DNA of 64,000 bases from Eledone cirrhosa (GCA_964016885.1 OZ024748.1:19964001-20028000), one strand, 5' to 3'. Positions 27,690 through 42,972 are shown, counted from the stretch's first letter. Notes: generated from the sequence alone by a model not told the origin. Program-made: numbers and translations.

Positions 27690-28790
27690 CACAATCACAT
27701 ACCACCATACCATCACACAATCACATACCATCACATATCTTCACACCATCACACAATCACATACCACCATACCATCACACAATCACATACCACCACATAC
27801 TATCATACCATCACATACCATTACATACCACCATATACTATCACCATACCATCACATACTACCATACCATCACATACTACCATACCATCACATAATACCA
27901 TACCACCACATACCATCACACAATCACATACCATCATACCATTACATACCATCACACCATCACATACTACTATACCATCACCATACCACCACATACCATC
28001 ATACACCATCACATACCATCACCATATACCATCATACACCATCCCATACCATCACCATACCACCACATACCATCATACACCATCACCATACCACCAGATA
28101 CCATCACATACCATCACATACCATCACCATATACCATCATACACCATCACATACCATCACCATACCACCACATACCATCACACACAATCACATACCAGCA
28201 CATACCATCATACACCATCACATACCATCACCATATACCATCATACACCATCACAAACCATCACCATATACCATCATACACCATCATACACCATCACATA
28301 CCATCACCATACCACCACATACCATCATACACCCTCACATACCATCATTATACCACCACATACCATCATACACCCTCACATACCATCATTATACCACCGC
28401 ATACCATCACATACCATCACCATATACCATCATACACCACATACAATCACCATACCATCACATACAATCACCATAGCACCACATACCATCATCATACTAG
28501 CACATACCATCATACACCATCACATACCATCACCATATACCATCACATACCATAACCATACCACCACATACCATCATACACCATCACATACCACCACATA
28601 CCATCATACACCATCACATACCATCACCATACCATCATACACCATCACATACCATCACCATACCACCACATACCATCATACACCATCACATACCATCACC
28701 ATACACCATCATACACCATCACATACTATCACCATACCACCACATACCATCATACACCATCACCATACCACCACATACCATCATACCATC
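27690..28790. repeat. Cryptic CCATA/CACAT simple satellite
   Basis: Direct reading. Confidence 0.9.
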
Positions 28791-29202
28791 TATATACAGC
28801 AGTTCTTTTAGGAATTGGCAACATTTTCTGGATTCTTCTTCAATTCTAGCAAAGTACAAAGTAATGTCTTTATTGTTTGGCTGCATTTAATGTTGTTGCT
28901 GCTGTTGTTGTTGTTGTTGTTGTTTGTTTATTTGGAGGGAGAGGGTATAGTAGGAAAGGGGGTAAATTTGTATTTCTGACATTTCAAAAACCAATACAAA
29001 GAAAAGTAGAAAACTAAAATAAAAAAGATGAAAATTAAAATGCCCCCCCCCCCCCCCCCTCACCCTCTCCCACCCCCATCCCCAACCCATCATCGTTCTC
29101 CCAATAAAAATTGATAATTTAGAAATTTCTTCTAAGTTTTGTTTGATTTTATTATTTATTTATTCTATCTATATTTATATCTCGTGTGTGTATGTATATG
29201 TG

Positions 29203-29292
<90 letters not shown>

Positions 29293-30611
29293 TATATATA
29301 CATACATACTTATAAACACACATACATGAAAAAATATGTGTGTACGTGTGTGAGTGTATGTATATATGTAAATACATATATGTGTGTCTGTGTGTATATA
29401 TATATATGTATACACATACAAACACACACATATATATACGTATACACATACAAACACACACATATATATATATATCTTCAGGTATATTTAACTGTCTTAT
29501 TTTTTATTTTACGATTCCGTGATATTTTTCAACCATATATTTTGCGTTGCTTCCATTTCCATTTTTCTAAAATCAATTTATAGAAGTTAGTGCTAAGATA
29601 AGTTAGGGACATTTTTACACAGAAGAACATGTTTTTAACAAATAAAACGAGGAATATATGTTAAAGTCAAACCAGTTTTTCTCCTTTCTCTTACTACTTG
29701 CTAGCTTGCTATTTTCTTTCATTTTTCCCTAACCCTCCCACCTCTTTAACTGTTTCTTTACCATATTTCTAATGAAAGGCACTGGCTATGATTTTCAAAT
29801 AATTTTGAAAATAATCAAACAAAGTTGGAATCATTTAGTAATATAATTAATTTTCCAATTATTAAGTTGATGTATGGAATATACCTTGACAAAGGTTCTA
29901 AGATAAAATTATGATGGAAGAATTTTTAGATGATTATAAACATTTTAAGTGCAGTAAATTGGCTGAGTGGTTAGAATGTTGAGTAGAATGCTTTGCAGTA
30001 TTTGTTCTGGCTCTCTTCTCTCTGAGTTCAAATCTCACCAAGCTCAACTTTGCCTTTCATCCATTGAAGGTTGATAAAACAGGTTCTCTATCCTTTAGAA
30101 GAAATCAGCTGTATTCAGCCCTGGAGAGATGAGTGTCACCAGGTTTAACAATGCTCTACAAAACCTTATGTCAATACGGCATCCCTATGATTCCCTTGGG
30201 AATTATGCGACCTTATGTGACCATGCATGTATGCAAACAATTTAAGATAAACAGCTTTGTATCATAGAATCATGGGTGGTTTTAGGCAGTTTGGTAGCAA
30301 AAAGAGTTAGAAGAATTCCTGTAGTGCCCCAGCATGGCCTCAGCTGGATGGCTGGAACAGGTAAAAGAGTATGGTAGTTAATTTGTATGATACTGAGTGG
30401 TGGAGAGAGGGAGAAAAATGAGATGCATATTTAGACATTTTGATTGAATTTCTTTTGTATATATGACAAATATTGAAATGTGCAGGGGTTAGTAATGATT
30501 TGAATAATAGGACGTATGACATAATTCTGACATAAACTGCTTAGAAAATATGAAAATATTTCTCACATTTAAATCATAGATGCTTGCCTACTAACACATG
30601 GATGATGCACA

Positions 30612-31050
30612 AAAATTATTCAACCTATAAAATTATTGTCCCTATAGAATTATTCTACTTATAAAAATTATTGTACCTATAAAATTATTCTACCTATAAA
30701 ATTACTGTACCTATAAAATTATTGTTGCTATAAAATTATTGTCCCTATAGAATTATTCTACCTATAAAATTCTGGTACATATAAAATTACTGTACCTATA
30801 AAATTATTGTTGCTATAAAATTATTGTCCCTATAGAATTATTCTACCTATAAAATTATTCTACCTATAAAATTCTGGTACATATAAAATTACTGTACCTA
30901 TAAAATAATTCTATCTAGAAAATTATTCTATCTATAAAACTATGGTACATATAAAATTAGTGTACCTATAAAATTATTGTACTGATAGAATTATTCTACC
31001 TATAAAATTATTCTACCTATAAAATCATGCTACCTATAAAATTATTGTAA
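30612..31050. repeat. 17-bp minisatellite (tacctataaaattattg)
   Basis: About 25 degenerate units. Confidence 0.9.
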
Positions 31051-31638
31051 ATTATTGAGTAGAAAAGTATTTAATAATTGATATGGTTCTTTTTATATTT
31101 CATTTAAAAATATATATATATAGTTGAGTATGCTTTAATATTATGGGATAAATTATTTATTTTATAAGAAGGGAGAAATTATCAATATTAAAAATTATCA
31201 ATTCAACAATGTTATTTAAGTAGTTGATATATATATGAGAGATTATTAAAACTTGTATAATTATTTGGAAAGAAAAATGTATGCATTATAGCTGAATTTA
31301 TCAAATTTCTATTAATTTAATTTATTTAGATACAACCTAAATTTAAAGTAGATGAAAAATTATACCGGAGGAAGATTGTAAGAGAGAAAAATAATCTGAG
31401 AAAATAACGGAAGAAAAATTGGTTAACTTATTTAGTCGTAGATTTTTTAAGTAAATAGAAAATCATTTAAAAATTAAATATAATGGAGTAATACCTATCT
31501 TATTTTTTTTTTTTTTAATATATAAAGCTTAATTAAAAATTCAAAATGTATTCAAGAATAAGAGAAGGTGAGAATTAAACCTATATATAAAGAAATTTTC
31601 ACTAATTATGTTAACTATTTAAAACTTAACTAAAGATT

Positions 31639-32070
31639 CTATGGAACATTTTGAGAACGGTGGAGGCTTGAGTTAAAGATCTCAGATGTTTTATTAATAA
31701 TTATTTTCCTATTCTTAAGAATATAAAGAATTTCAGTGGTACATAAATTACAACCTTTAGAAATGGAAGAATTTATATAAGGTAAAGTGTTAGAAAGCTT
31801 TTGCCAAGAAAGAAAATATTCTATATTTTCATTTTTAAGTGACCAAATTAATTCAGATAAAGCAGTACTAATTCTCTTATCTTCTCTCTTAAACATGTGA
31901 CAGTGATTATACCACCTTCCTTAAATTTAGAGGAACTAACACCAATATAATTGTAAGACTTTTGTTTTAACAATGCATTTGTAAACTAAATTACGGTCAA
32001 GACAGTTACTATTTAATGGGCAAGAGTAACTATTTTTACAATTGCAATTATCCCCGCTATTATTTAATGA
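31639..32070 (-). pseudogene. Penelope-like element GIY-YIG endonuclease remnant (two frameshifts)
   Basis: Joined minus frames: CNCKNSYSCPLNSNCLDRNLVYKCIVK / SYNYIGVSSSKFKE / RWYNHCHMFKREDKRISTALSELIWSLKNENIEY...PY...CNLCTTE...INKTSEI. These show the linker Cys cluster, VY...YIG and R..H motifs of PLE endonucleases. Confidence 0.88.
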
Positions 32071-32363
32071 TGCCGCTCAGTTTTCATAGTTCGAATTTTT
32101 GGTATAATTGTTGTTAATTGGATAGTTGATTAAACTATTAGTGATTGCCTGATTATCATTAGGGGTTAATAAACAATAAATAAATAAAGAATAAATAAAT
32201 AAATAAAGATATCATTAGGAATTAATTCCATATGAATAGTTGAATAGTTCTGAGATTTCCCCTTATCTGTTGAGTTTTTTCTAGTCATATGCTTGGTGGT
32301 CACCGATCTGTCCAGCTCATTTGTCTACCAGCATATCAGGGAAAAAATTATACATTTTCTATG

Positions 32364-32441
32364 TATTTTATCTGATGAGGACATGTTTTGCTTTATGTTG
32401 TACATAAAACTTTACATCTTCGAAATATATATAATGAAATA
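32364..32441 (+). ncRNA. Minimal type I hammerhead ribozyme next to the PLE endonuclease remnant
   Basis: tattttat-CTGATGA-gga...cttc-GAAA-tatata-TA-atgaaata. Confidence 0.65.
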
Positions 32442-32589
32442 AATAGAGATACTATAAAGTATATATCTTTCATTTATTACTATTATTATTATAATAATAC
32501 TCTGGATAAATTTATACTGTTGAGTGCTTGGCATCTGTTATATATAAGAACGAGTTGATCAAAAATCAACTTACTCTTTTTTCATTGAT

Positions 32590-32648
<59 letters not shown>

Positions 32649-32880
32649 CATATATATTTAAACCGAGCTGATGATCCGACTAAGGTGAAACAATTGTTCT
32701 TGGAAATAGTGAACTAACTTTTGTGGATCTACTTCTACCAAACTCGTCCCATGGACTGAGTGCTCTACTACTATGGATATAACCCACCGGTGTTCTACTA
32801 TTATATATATATGTATCATCATCATCATCATCATCATCATCGTTTAACGTCCATCTTCCACATTTGCATGGGTTTGGACA

Positions 32881-32918
<38 letters not shown>

Positions 32919-33040
32919 TTTAATAAATATTTGCTCTACGGTTCTTATATATTTGATATATATTTATCCTTATCAAGCCCTCTTTGGATTTTAGTCTTCA
33001 AATTTATTATTATTACTATATATATATATATATCTGTATG

Positions 33041-33093
<53 letters not shown>

Positions 33094-33574
33094 GAATAAT
33101 CGAGTATCGAAAAATCGGCGCACGAGTTCACGATAAACAAAATTCGAAATGAGCAGCAGAGGGCTCAATAATTCAGATAAATCAGAGCTATAACTATCGT
33201 TAAAATACCGTCACACATAGAACATGTCTAAAATCAACCATACAACCGAAAAATTGCGATCTGGAAGATTCGGGACACTCAGATAAAATATCAATAAATC
33301 AATATATATATATATATATAGTATTAAAAAGATCGGAGGTCATCAGTAGTTGATTTAGGTTTATTTAAATCTCTGTAATATATATTTTGCTGAGGACAAC
33401 CAATTTTGATAGCCTAAGCTGTATGTATGTATACACATATATATCCTCATCATCACTGTTTAACGTCCATTTTTCCACATTGGCATGAGTTAGATGAGTT
33501 ATCCTGTTGTGAGCTATGCCAGGTCAGGTGACCATGTCTTGCTCGCGTGTGCGTGTGCATGTGTGTGTATGTGT

Positions 33575-33846
33575 ATCATCATCATCATCATTTTACGTCC
33601 GCTTTTCCCTGCTTGCAAGGGTGGGACAGGTATTCAGCACAGGATCTCTCCACTTGTCACGGTCCTTCGTCATCTCCTCCGTGAGCTTCAGTGATCTGAG
33701 GTCTGCTCTCACCACCTCCACCAATGTTTTTCCTGGTCTTCCTCTACTGTGTCTTCCTTCTACTGGGATTTCTTGGCACTTCTTTTCCCAGCAGTCATCC
33801 TCCATGTGCATCACATGTCCATACCATCTCAGTCTTCTTTCCTGCA
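33575..33846 (-). mobile_element. RTE-clade LINE 3' fragment sharing its extreme tail with SINE family 1
   Basis: QERRLRWYGHVMHMEDDCWEKKC...GRPGKT...DRDKWR, then cccacccttgcaagcagggaaaagcggacgtaaaatgatg, identical to the SINE tail. Confidence 0.85.
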
Positions 33847-35069
33847 TGTGTATATATATATATATATATGTACATATGCATGTATGTATGAATAGGTGAA
33901 TTTTTGATTTTGGATGATCTGCTTTGCAATATCTGTTCTGTTCTTGTGCCATATGTTACAGGAAGAATGGTGAATATGAAGGAAGTTGGGATAGGTGGTG
34001 GTGGTCTATTATTACAGCATCCCTGTGATCATCATGTGAAATGTAACCTTATAGTAGAAGGTCAGCCTAAACCTGTACAGGTGTGAGCCATATCAATGAC
34101 ACCAACAACAGCAGCAACAACAACAATGGTTATTTAACTGTCAAAGACAATAGAATCAAGGTAAAAAGAAAACAATCCAAGTTGAAAAGAATAGCCAACA
34201 TTTTGTAAAGATATTTTCGGTAACTATGGCAACAAGAAAAAAGTAATATCTTCCATATAAGGAAGCAATAAATGAGGAGTTATCTGTTAGCTAAAAAAAA
34301 AAACACATCAATACATTATTCTTCTAGAATATTCTGCTAGTGACAATGAAAAAAAAAAAAAAAAAATTATTTTTTTTAAATTTGATAAAATTCAAATTGG
34401 AAGTTTGATGAAAATAAAAAATATTGTGAAAATGATTATTAGAAAGACTCGCTTAATATTTTATGTTAGTTCTATTATTTTTTTCTATTTTTCAATTTTG
34501 ACAGATATTTTAAATTATAATTGTCCAAAAATGTTTGTTAACGTTATCCTGCTATGTAAGTGTACATACAAGAGTTTTAAGGCCATTAAATTAGTCCTTG
34601 ATGGCTCTATGATATACTTTATATTCATCATGTTGGTCCTTCTTGAGTTTTTGAGGCAATGGTTTATGGCAGAATGATCTTTCTGGTGTAAAACCACTTT
34701 TAGTCACCTCCTACGACAGTTGAGAATAGGTACAGAATATCTCTGTCTGTTGTATCAGGTAACTAAAAGAGGGCTGGTGCCATAAAGGGCAACAGGATGC
34801 AAAGCTTTGCCAGCAAACAGACCCCATTGATGATTATAAATCCTGGAAATTTGACCCTTACTTGTGTGAATGTATACATGTATGTATGCATATATATGAG
34901 AATAAGTGTGTATGTATATATGTGTGACAATAAGTGTGTGTGTCTGCTAAGTGTTATCCAGTGTAAAGTGTTACATCATCAAAACAGTTTCTATTTTTTA
35001 GTCTATGTACAACTACCACCATCACTACTGTTGCCACCACCACCACCAATACAGCCAACACAAACACAC

Positions 35070-37590
35070 CACCACTAACACCATCACTACAGTCACTACC
35101 ACCACCACCACCATCACTGCAGTCACTACCACCACCACCACCACCACCAACACTACAGCTATCACAACCAGAACAGCCACCATCACTACACTCACTACTA
35201 CCACCACCACCAACACTAAAACTATCACATCTAGAACAGCCACCATCACCACCACCACCACCACCACCAACACTACAGCTATCACAACCAGAACAGCCAC
35301 CATCACTACACTCACTACTACCACCACCACCAACACTAAAACTATCACATCTAGAACAGCCACCATCACCACCACCACCACCACCACCAACACTACAGCT
35401 ATCACAACCAGAACAGCCACCATCACTACACTCACTACTACCACCAACACTAGTCACTACCACCACCACTAGTCACTACCACCACCACCACCACCACCAC
35501 CAACACTACAGTCACTACCACCACCACCACCACCACTACAGTCACTACCACCACCACCACCAACACTACAGTCACTACCACCACCACCACCACTACAGTC
35601 ACTACCACCACCACCAACACTACAGTCACTACCACCACCACCACCACTACAGTCACTACCACCACCACCACCACCACCAACACTACAGCTATCACAACCA
35701 GAACAGCCACCATCACTACACTCACTACTACCACCACCACCAACACTAAAACTATCACATCTAGAACAGCCACCATCACCACCATCACTACAGTCACCAC
35801 CATCACCACCACCACCACCACCAACACTACAGCTATCACAACCGCCACCACCACCACCACCAACACTACAACCGCCACCACCACCACCACCAACACTACA
35901 ACTATCACTACCACCACCACCACCACCACCAACACTACAACTATCACAACCACCACCACCACCTCCACCAACACTACAACTATCACTACCACCACCACCA
36001 CCAACACTACAACTATCACTACCACCACCACCAACACTACAGCTATCACAACCACCACCACCACCACCAACACTACAACCGCCACCACCACCACCACCAA
36101 CACTACAACTATCACAACCGCCACCACCACCACCACCAACACTACAACTATCACTACCACCACCACCACCACCAACACTACAACTATCACAACCACCACC
36201 ACCACCACCAACACTACAACTATCACAACCGCCATCACCACCACCACCAACACTACAACTATCACTACCACCACCACCACCACCACCAACACTACAACTA
36301 TCACCACCACCACCACCACCAATACTACAACTATCACAACCGCCACCACCACCACCACCAACACTACAACTATCACTACCACCACCACCACCAACACTAC
36401 AACCGCCACCACCACCACCACTACAGTCACTACCACCACCACCACCAACACTACAACTATCACAACCGCCACCACCACCACCACCACCACCACCACCACT
36501 ACAACTATCACTACCGCCACCACCACCACCACCACCACCACCACTACAACTATCACTACCGCCACCACCACCACCACCACCACCACCACTACAACTATCA
36601 CTACCGCCACCACCACCACCACCAACACTACAACTATCACTACCACCACCACCACCACCACCACCACTACCATCTTCAACTAACCAGATGTTATTTCTTA
36701 GCACTGACCTCATCCTTCACATCATGGTGGATGTGAAGGATGAGATAGTGGTGGTGGTGGTGGTGAGGGAAGTTAATGGTGGTGGTGTTGGATGGGAAAG
36801 ATGAGGTGGTTGTAGAGTGGTGGTGGTGGTGGTGGTGGAATATATAAGGTAATGAGGTGGCAGGAGGATTGTAGTGTTGAGTGGTGGTGGTGGGGGGCAG
36901 TAGGGTGAGAGTTTCAGAGGAGCAGGTGGCGTGAGGGTGGGGAAGTGTGATGGGTTGTGGGGATGAAGGTGGACATAGTGGTAGAGTATGGGTGGAGGTA
37001 GAGTGGTGGCTGTGGTGGTAGAATGTTGGCTGTGGTTATGGTAGAGTGGTGGGTTGAGCTAGAGTGGTGGCTGTAGTGGTGGTAGAGTGGTAGTGTGGTG
37101 GTTGTGGTATAGTGGAGGGTGGTGGTATAGTGGTGGCTGTGTTGGTAGAGTAGTGGTAAGGTGGTGGCTGTGGTGGTAGAGTGATGGCTGTGGTGGTAGA
37201 GTGGTGGCTGTGGTGGTAGGGTGGTGGCTGTGGTTGTAGGGTGGTGGTAGAGTGGTGGCTGTGCTGGTAGAGTGGTGGTAAGGTGGTGGCTGTGGTGGTA
37301 GAGTGATGGCTGTGGTGGTAGAGTGATGGCTGTGGTGGTAGGGTGGTGGCTGTGGTGGTAGGGTGGTGGTAGAGTGGTGGTATAGTGGTGGCTGTGCTGG
37401 TAGAGTGGTGGTAAGGTGGTGGCTGTGGTGGTAGAGTGATGGCTGTGGTGGTAGAGTGGTGGCTGTGGTAGTAGGGTGGTGGTAGAATGGTGGTAGAGTG
37501 GCGGTAGAGTGGTGGTTGTGGTGGTAGGGTGGTGGCTGTGGTGGTAGGGTGGTGGTAGAGTGGTGGCTGTAGTGGTGATGGTGGAGGGTA
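35070..37590. repeat. (ACC)n-based cryptic satellite (35070-36670) followed by a (GGT)n-based satellite (36745-37590)
   Basis: Direct reading; includes 120-bp higher-order duplications at 35140-35450. Confidence 0.9.
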
Positions 37591-37899
37591 ACATAAGGTG
37601 GTATGGGGTGCAAGAATGATTTGTACAGCAGTATAGTGTAGTGTAAGGTAGCAGGGTGAGATTGCTGGTGAATTTTGTTGTTGAGGTTGTTGTTGTTGTC
37701 AGTGGTGGTGGATATGTTAGAAGTAGTGGCTATAGAAATGATTTTCAAAGAGGTATTGTTATGTCTATGTCTAGTATTACAGTGTTTTTGTTGTTGCTGT
37801 TGTTGTTGTTGATGTTGAAGGTGGTAAATTTAATCTGACACCATAATGACTCTGTCAACTTAATGCCTTCATTACCAAAGTAGAATACACACATTCATA

Positions 37900-38940
37900 G
37901 TAATAATTATTTCTACTTTTGGCACAAGGCCAGCAATTATCCCAGTGCATTACTGGTACTTTATTTTATCGACCCCGTAAGGATGAAAGGCAAAGTTAAC
38001 CTTGCTAGGGTTTCAACACGGACTGTAAAGGGCCGGAACTATATGCAGCAAAGCATGGTATCTGATGCTCTACTGATACTGCCAATTCACATACTAATAA
38101 TTGTTTCTACTTTAGGCACAAGGCCAGCAATTACCCAGTACATTACTGGTACTTTATTTTATCGACCCTGTAAGGATGAAAGGCAAAGTTAACCTCGACG
38201 GGATTTGATCTCAGACCGTAAAGGGACGTAACTGTGCTAGAAAGCATGGCATCCGACCCTCTACCGATACTGCCAACCCACCATAGTAATAATTGTTTCT
38301 ACTTTTGGCACAAGGCCAGCAATCACCCAGTGCATTACTTTATTTTATCGACCCCCATAAGGATGAAAGGCAAAGTCAACCTCGGCGGGATTTGAACTCA
38401 GATCGTAAAGGGACGTAACTATGCTGGAAAGCATCGGGATTTGAACTCAGAATGGCAAGGGCCGTAACTCTATGCATCAAAGCACGGTGTCCAACCCCCT
38501 ACCGATACTGCCAATCCACAATAATGATGTTTTTTCTTATATAGGCACAAGGCCAGCAATTTGGGGAGTGGGGAAAGTCGATTAAATCGACCCCCAGTGC
38601 ATGACTGGTACTTTATTTTATCGACCCTGTAAGGATGAAAGGGAAAGTTAACCTCAGCGGGATTTGAACTTAGATCATAAAGGGACGTAACTGTGCTAGA
38701 AAGCATGGCGTCCGACCCTCTACCAATACTGTCAACCCACCATAGTAATAATTGTTTCTACTTTAGGCACAAGGCCAGCAATTACCCAGTGAATTACTGG
38801 TACTTTATTTTATCGACCTTGTAAGGAAGACAGGCAAAGTTAACCTCGGCGGGATTTGATCTCAGACCGTAAAGGGACGTAACTGTGCTAGAAAGCATGG
38901 CGTCCGACCCTCTACCAAACTGCCAACCACCATAGTAATA
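37900..38940 (-). mobile_element. Head-to-tail array of ~5 SINE family 2 copies plus a partial
   Basis: Units start near 37900, 38093, 38285, 38521 and 38743. Confidence 0.88.
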
Positions 38941-39125
38941 ATGAGATATAGTGTAGGCGATCATGTAATACATATTTCATCATTAAGAAAGACATGATTT
39001 GACAACAAAAACATCAGGAAGCAGACATAGATGAAAATGTAGATGGAGGAGATAATGGAGGAGATAATATTATAATATTGAATATATATTGTATATATAT
39101 TGTATATATGCACACTTCTATACAT

Positions 39126-39195
<70 letters not shown>

Positions 39196-39270
39196 TATTA
39201 TATATATTTATATATAAATTTTTTTTTTTCAATTGTTTATTTACTAGAGCTGGTGGTGATAGCTAATGTC

Positions 39271-39311
<41 letters not shown>

Positions 39312-39343
39312 TGTATGTATATACATATATTCACAGACAGACA

Positions 39344-39393
<50 letters not shown>

Positions 39394-39472
39394 CATACAT
39401 ATATATATATATACATACATATCTATACATATATATATACATATATATATATACATACATATGTATACATAC

Positions 39473-39571
<99 letters not shown>

Positions 39572-39817
39572 CATACATATATACATACATATATACATAT
39601 ATATATATACATACATATGTACATACATATCTACATACATATATATATATACACACACAGACATATATATATATATATATACATTAATATTGTGTGTATG
39701 TATTGTATATATATATTGTATATATATATATATATTGTATATATATATAAATATATATATATACATATATTCATATTGTGTGTAAATATATATACACACA
39801 CACACACACATACACTC

Positions 39818-39852
<35 letters not shown>

Positions 39853-40232
39853 TAGACAGACATCAGCTATCACCACAGTCTAATACACAGCATGAGCAAA
39901 AGTCAAAAGTGAAAGTAAAAAAAAGAAAATGTTGAGATATTTCATTTTTTCAAATAATTGGATTAAAAGTTTTGAAAATAAAAGTGAAGCTCCATAACAA
40001 ATTCCAATATAGGAATTTAATAATTTTATCTCTAGAAAAATAGAATTTCACTCCACTGTTTGTTTAATACATATAACACACACATATATATATATATATA
40101 TATGAGAATATATATATATGTGTGTGAGTGTGTGTGTGTGTGTATGATGTGCTTCTCTCTATGGCTATCTGTATACATATATCATCGTCATCATCATCAT
40201 TTTACATCTGCTTTTCCTTGCTTCCAACCAAG

Positions 40233-40297
<65 letters not shown>

Positions 40298-40301
40298 ATA
40301 A

Positions 40302-40420
<119 letters not shown>

Positions 40421-40440
40421 AATATATATATATAAATATA

Positions 40441-40472
<32 letters not shown>

Positions 40473-40473
40473 A

Positions 40474-40510
<37 letters not shown>

Positions 40511-40772
40511 AATATATATATATATATGTATATATAAATATATATATATAAATATATATATGTATATATAAATATCTACCCTTGCAAGCAGGGAAAAGCG
40601 GACGTAAAATGATGATGATGATGATGTATATTTATATATATATATATAAAGGGTGCGTACGATATTTGTTCGCAAGATTACTGTCTAGGAAAAAATAACA
40701 CAGTAGTTATATATATATATATATAAAAAATATAGAGACATCATCATCATCATTATCATCATCGTTTAACGT

Positions 40773-40820
<48 letters not shown>

Positions 40821-40833
40821 TTAACATGAGATA

Positions 40834-40903
<70 letters not shown>

Positions 40904-40932
40904 TATATATAAAACATATATGAACAAAACAT

Positions 40933-40963
<31 letters not shown>

Positions 40964-41164
40964 GAATACATATATGAATAAAACATATACACACACATAA
41001 ATTTGTCAAGTTTCTTCATATTTATTTAATTTGTAGAATTTGTAAGGCCGTACGTTCTGTGACATGTAAATTTTACCATTGAATGTGGAAAAAAAAGTCT
41101 TGGAGTTGTGCTAAGATTAGAACTGTGTGTGTGAGTAGGTGAAGGTTTGGTGTCAGTGTGACAT

Positions 41165-41171
41165 AAGTAGC

Positions 41172-41206
<35 letters not shown>

Positions 41207-41251
41207 CGACAGCAGTCGTAGTTGTAGTAGTGGTTGTTTTTGTTGTTGTAA

Positions 41252-41283
<32 letters not shown>

Positions 41284-41556
41284 ACAGTAGTAGTAGTTGC
41301 TGTAGTAGTAGCAGTTGTGGTAGTAGTAGTAGTAGCAGCAGCAGCAGCGACAGCAGTCGTAGTAGTAGTAGTAGTGGTTGTAGTAGTAGTAGTAGTAGTA
41401 ACAGTAGTAGTAGTTGCTGTAGTAGTAGCAGTTGTGGTAGTAGTAGTAGTAGCAGTAGTAGTAGTAGTAGCAGCAGCGACAGCAGTCATGGTAGTAGTGG
41501 TTGTAGTAGTAGTAGTAGTAACAGTAGCAGTAGTTGTTGTAGTAGTAGCAGTTGTG

Positions 41557-41587
<31 letters not shown>

Positions 41588-41717
41588 CAGTAGTAGTAGC
41601 AACAACAACAGTAGTAGTAGTAGTAGTAGTAGTAGCAACAACAGTAGTAGTAGTAGTAGTAGTAGCAGTAGTAGTAGCAACAACAACAGTAGTAGTAGTA
41701 GTAGTAGTAACAACAAC

Positions 41718-41767
<50 letters not shown>

Positions 41768-41798
41768 CAACAACATTAGTTGTAGTAGTACTAGTAGC

Positions 41799-41830
<32 letters not shown>

Positions 41831-42032
41831 CAGTAGCAACAACAGTAGTAGTGGTAGTAGTAGTAGCAGTAGTAGTAGTGGTAGTAGTAGTAGCAGTAGT
41901 AGTAGTAGTAGTGGTAGTAGTAGTAGTAGTAGTAGTAGTAGCAACACCAACAGTAGTAGTGGTAGTAGTAGTAGCAGTAGCAGTAGTAGCAGTAGTAGCA
42001 GTAGTAGTAGCAACAACAGTAGTAGTGGTAGT
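41165..42032. repeat. (AGT)n/(AGC)n compound microsatellite
   Basis: Direct reading. Confidence 0.92.
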
Positions 42033-42357
42033 ACAGACATATACAGACAGCTCCGCTAAGCTCTTCGGACACCAAAGCATTTCTTTCAGACACACACACA
42101 CACACATACATACACACACACACATACATACACACACACACATACAAAGAGAGTGTAGAGACACACACACACTCACCTACACACATACACAGACATATAT
42201 ATGCACTGAAGCTTACCTTCACACACACACAGACACATATAGATACACATGGTTGCACATGCACACTGACACACACACATAGCCATATATATATATATAC
42301 ATACATACATACATAGGCATACACATGTACACTGACACACACACACACACACACACA

Positions 42358-42395
<38 letters not shown>

Positions 42396-42797
42396 CATAC
42401 ATAGGCATACACATGTACACAGACATATACAGACATATATATGCATACATGCTTATGTACATACACATACATACACAGACATAAATACACATAATTGCTT
42501 ACCTACACACACGTATACAGACATAATTACTTACACACGCATATACATATATATATACATATATACACACATGCTTACTTACACACACACACACATATGG
42601 TAAACTACATGCAGACACGAGTACACATGTTTACCTACACACACATATACACATACATATATGCACACACATACACAGACATGTATACATACAGATACAC
42701 AGACATATAAACAAACATATGCTTATCTACACACAAACACACACACACACACTTATTCATGGGCTACCATATGAATGGAAGATATATATATATATAG

Positions 42798-42879
<82 letters not shown>

Positions 42880-42885
<6 letters not shown>

Positions 42886-42935
42886 TGTGAATGTGTGTAT
42901 GTATGTTTGTGTATATAATCATCTTTTTCTCAATG

Positions 42936-42972
<37 letters not shown>

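Noticed and set aside
35005-36713. Long Gly/Ser/Cys-, Val- and Thr-rich ORFs
   Set aside because: These are translations of an (ACC)n cryptic satellite; trinucleotide periodicity explains the lack of stops.
41073-42282. Poly-Thr/Ser/Val mucin-like ORFs
   Set aside because: (AGT)n microsatellite.
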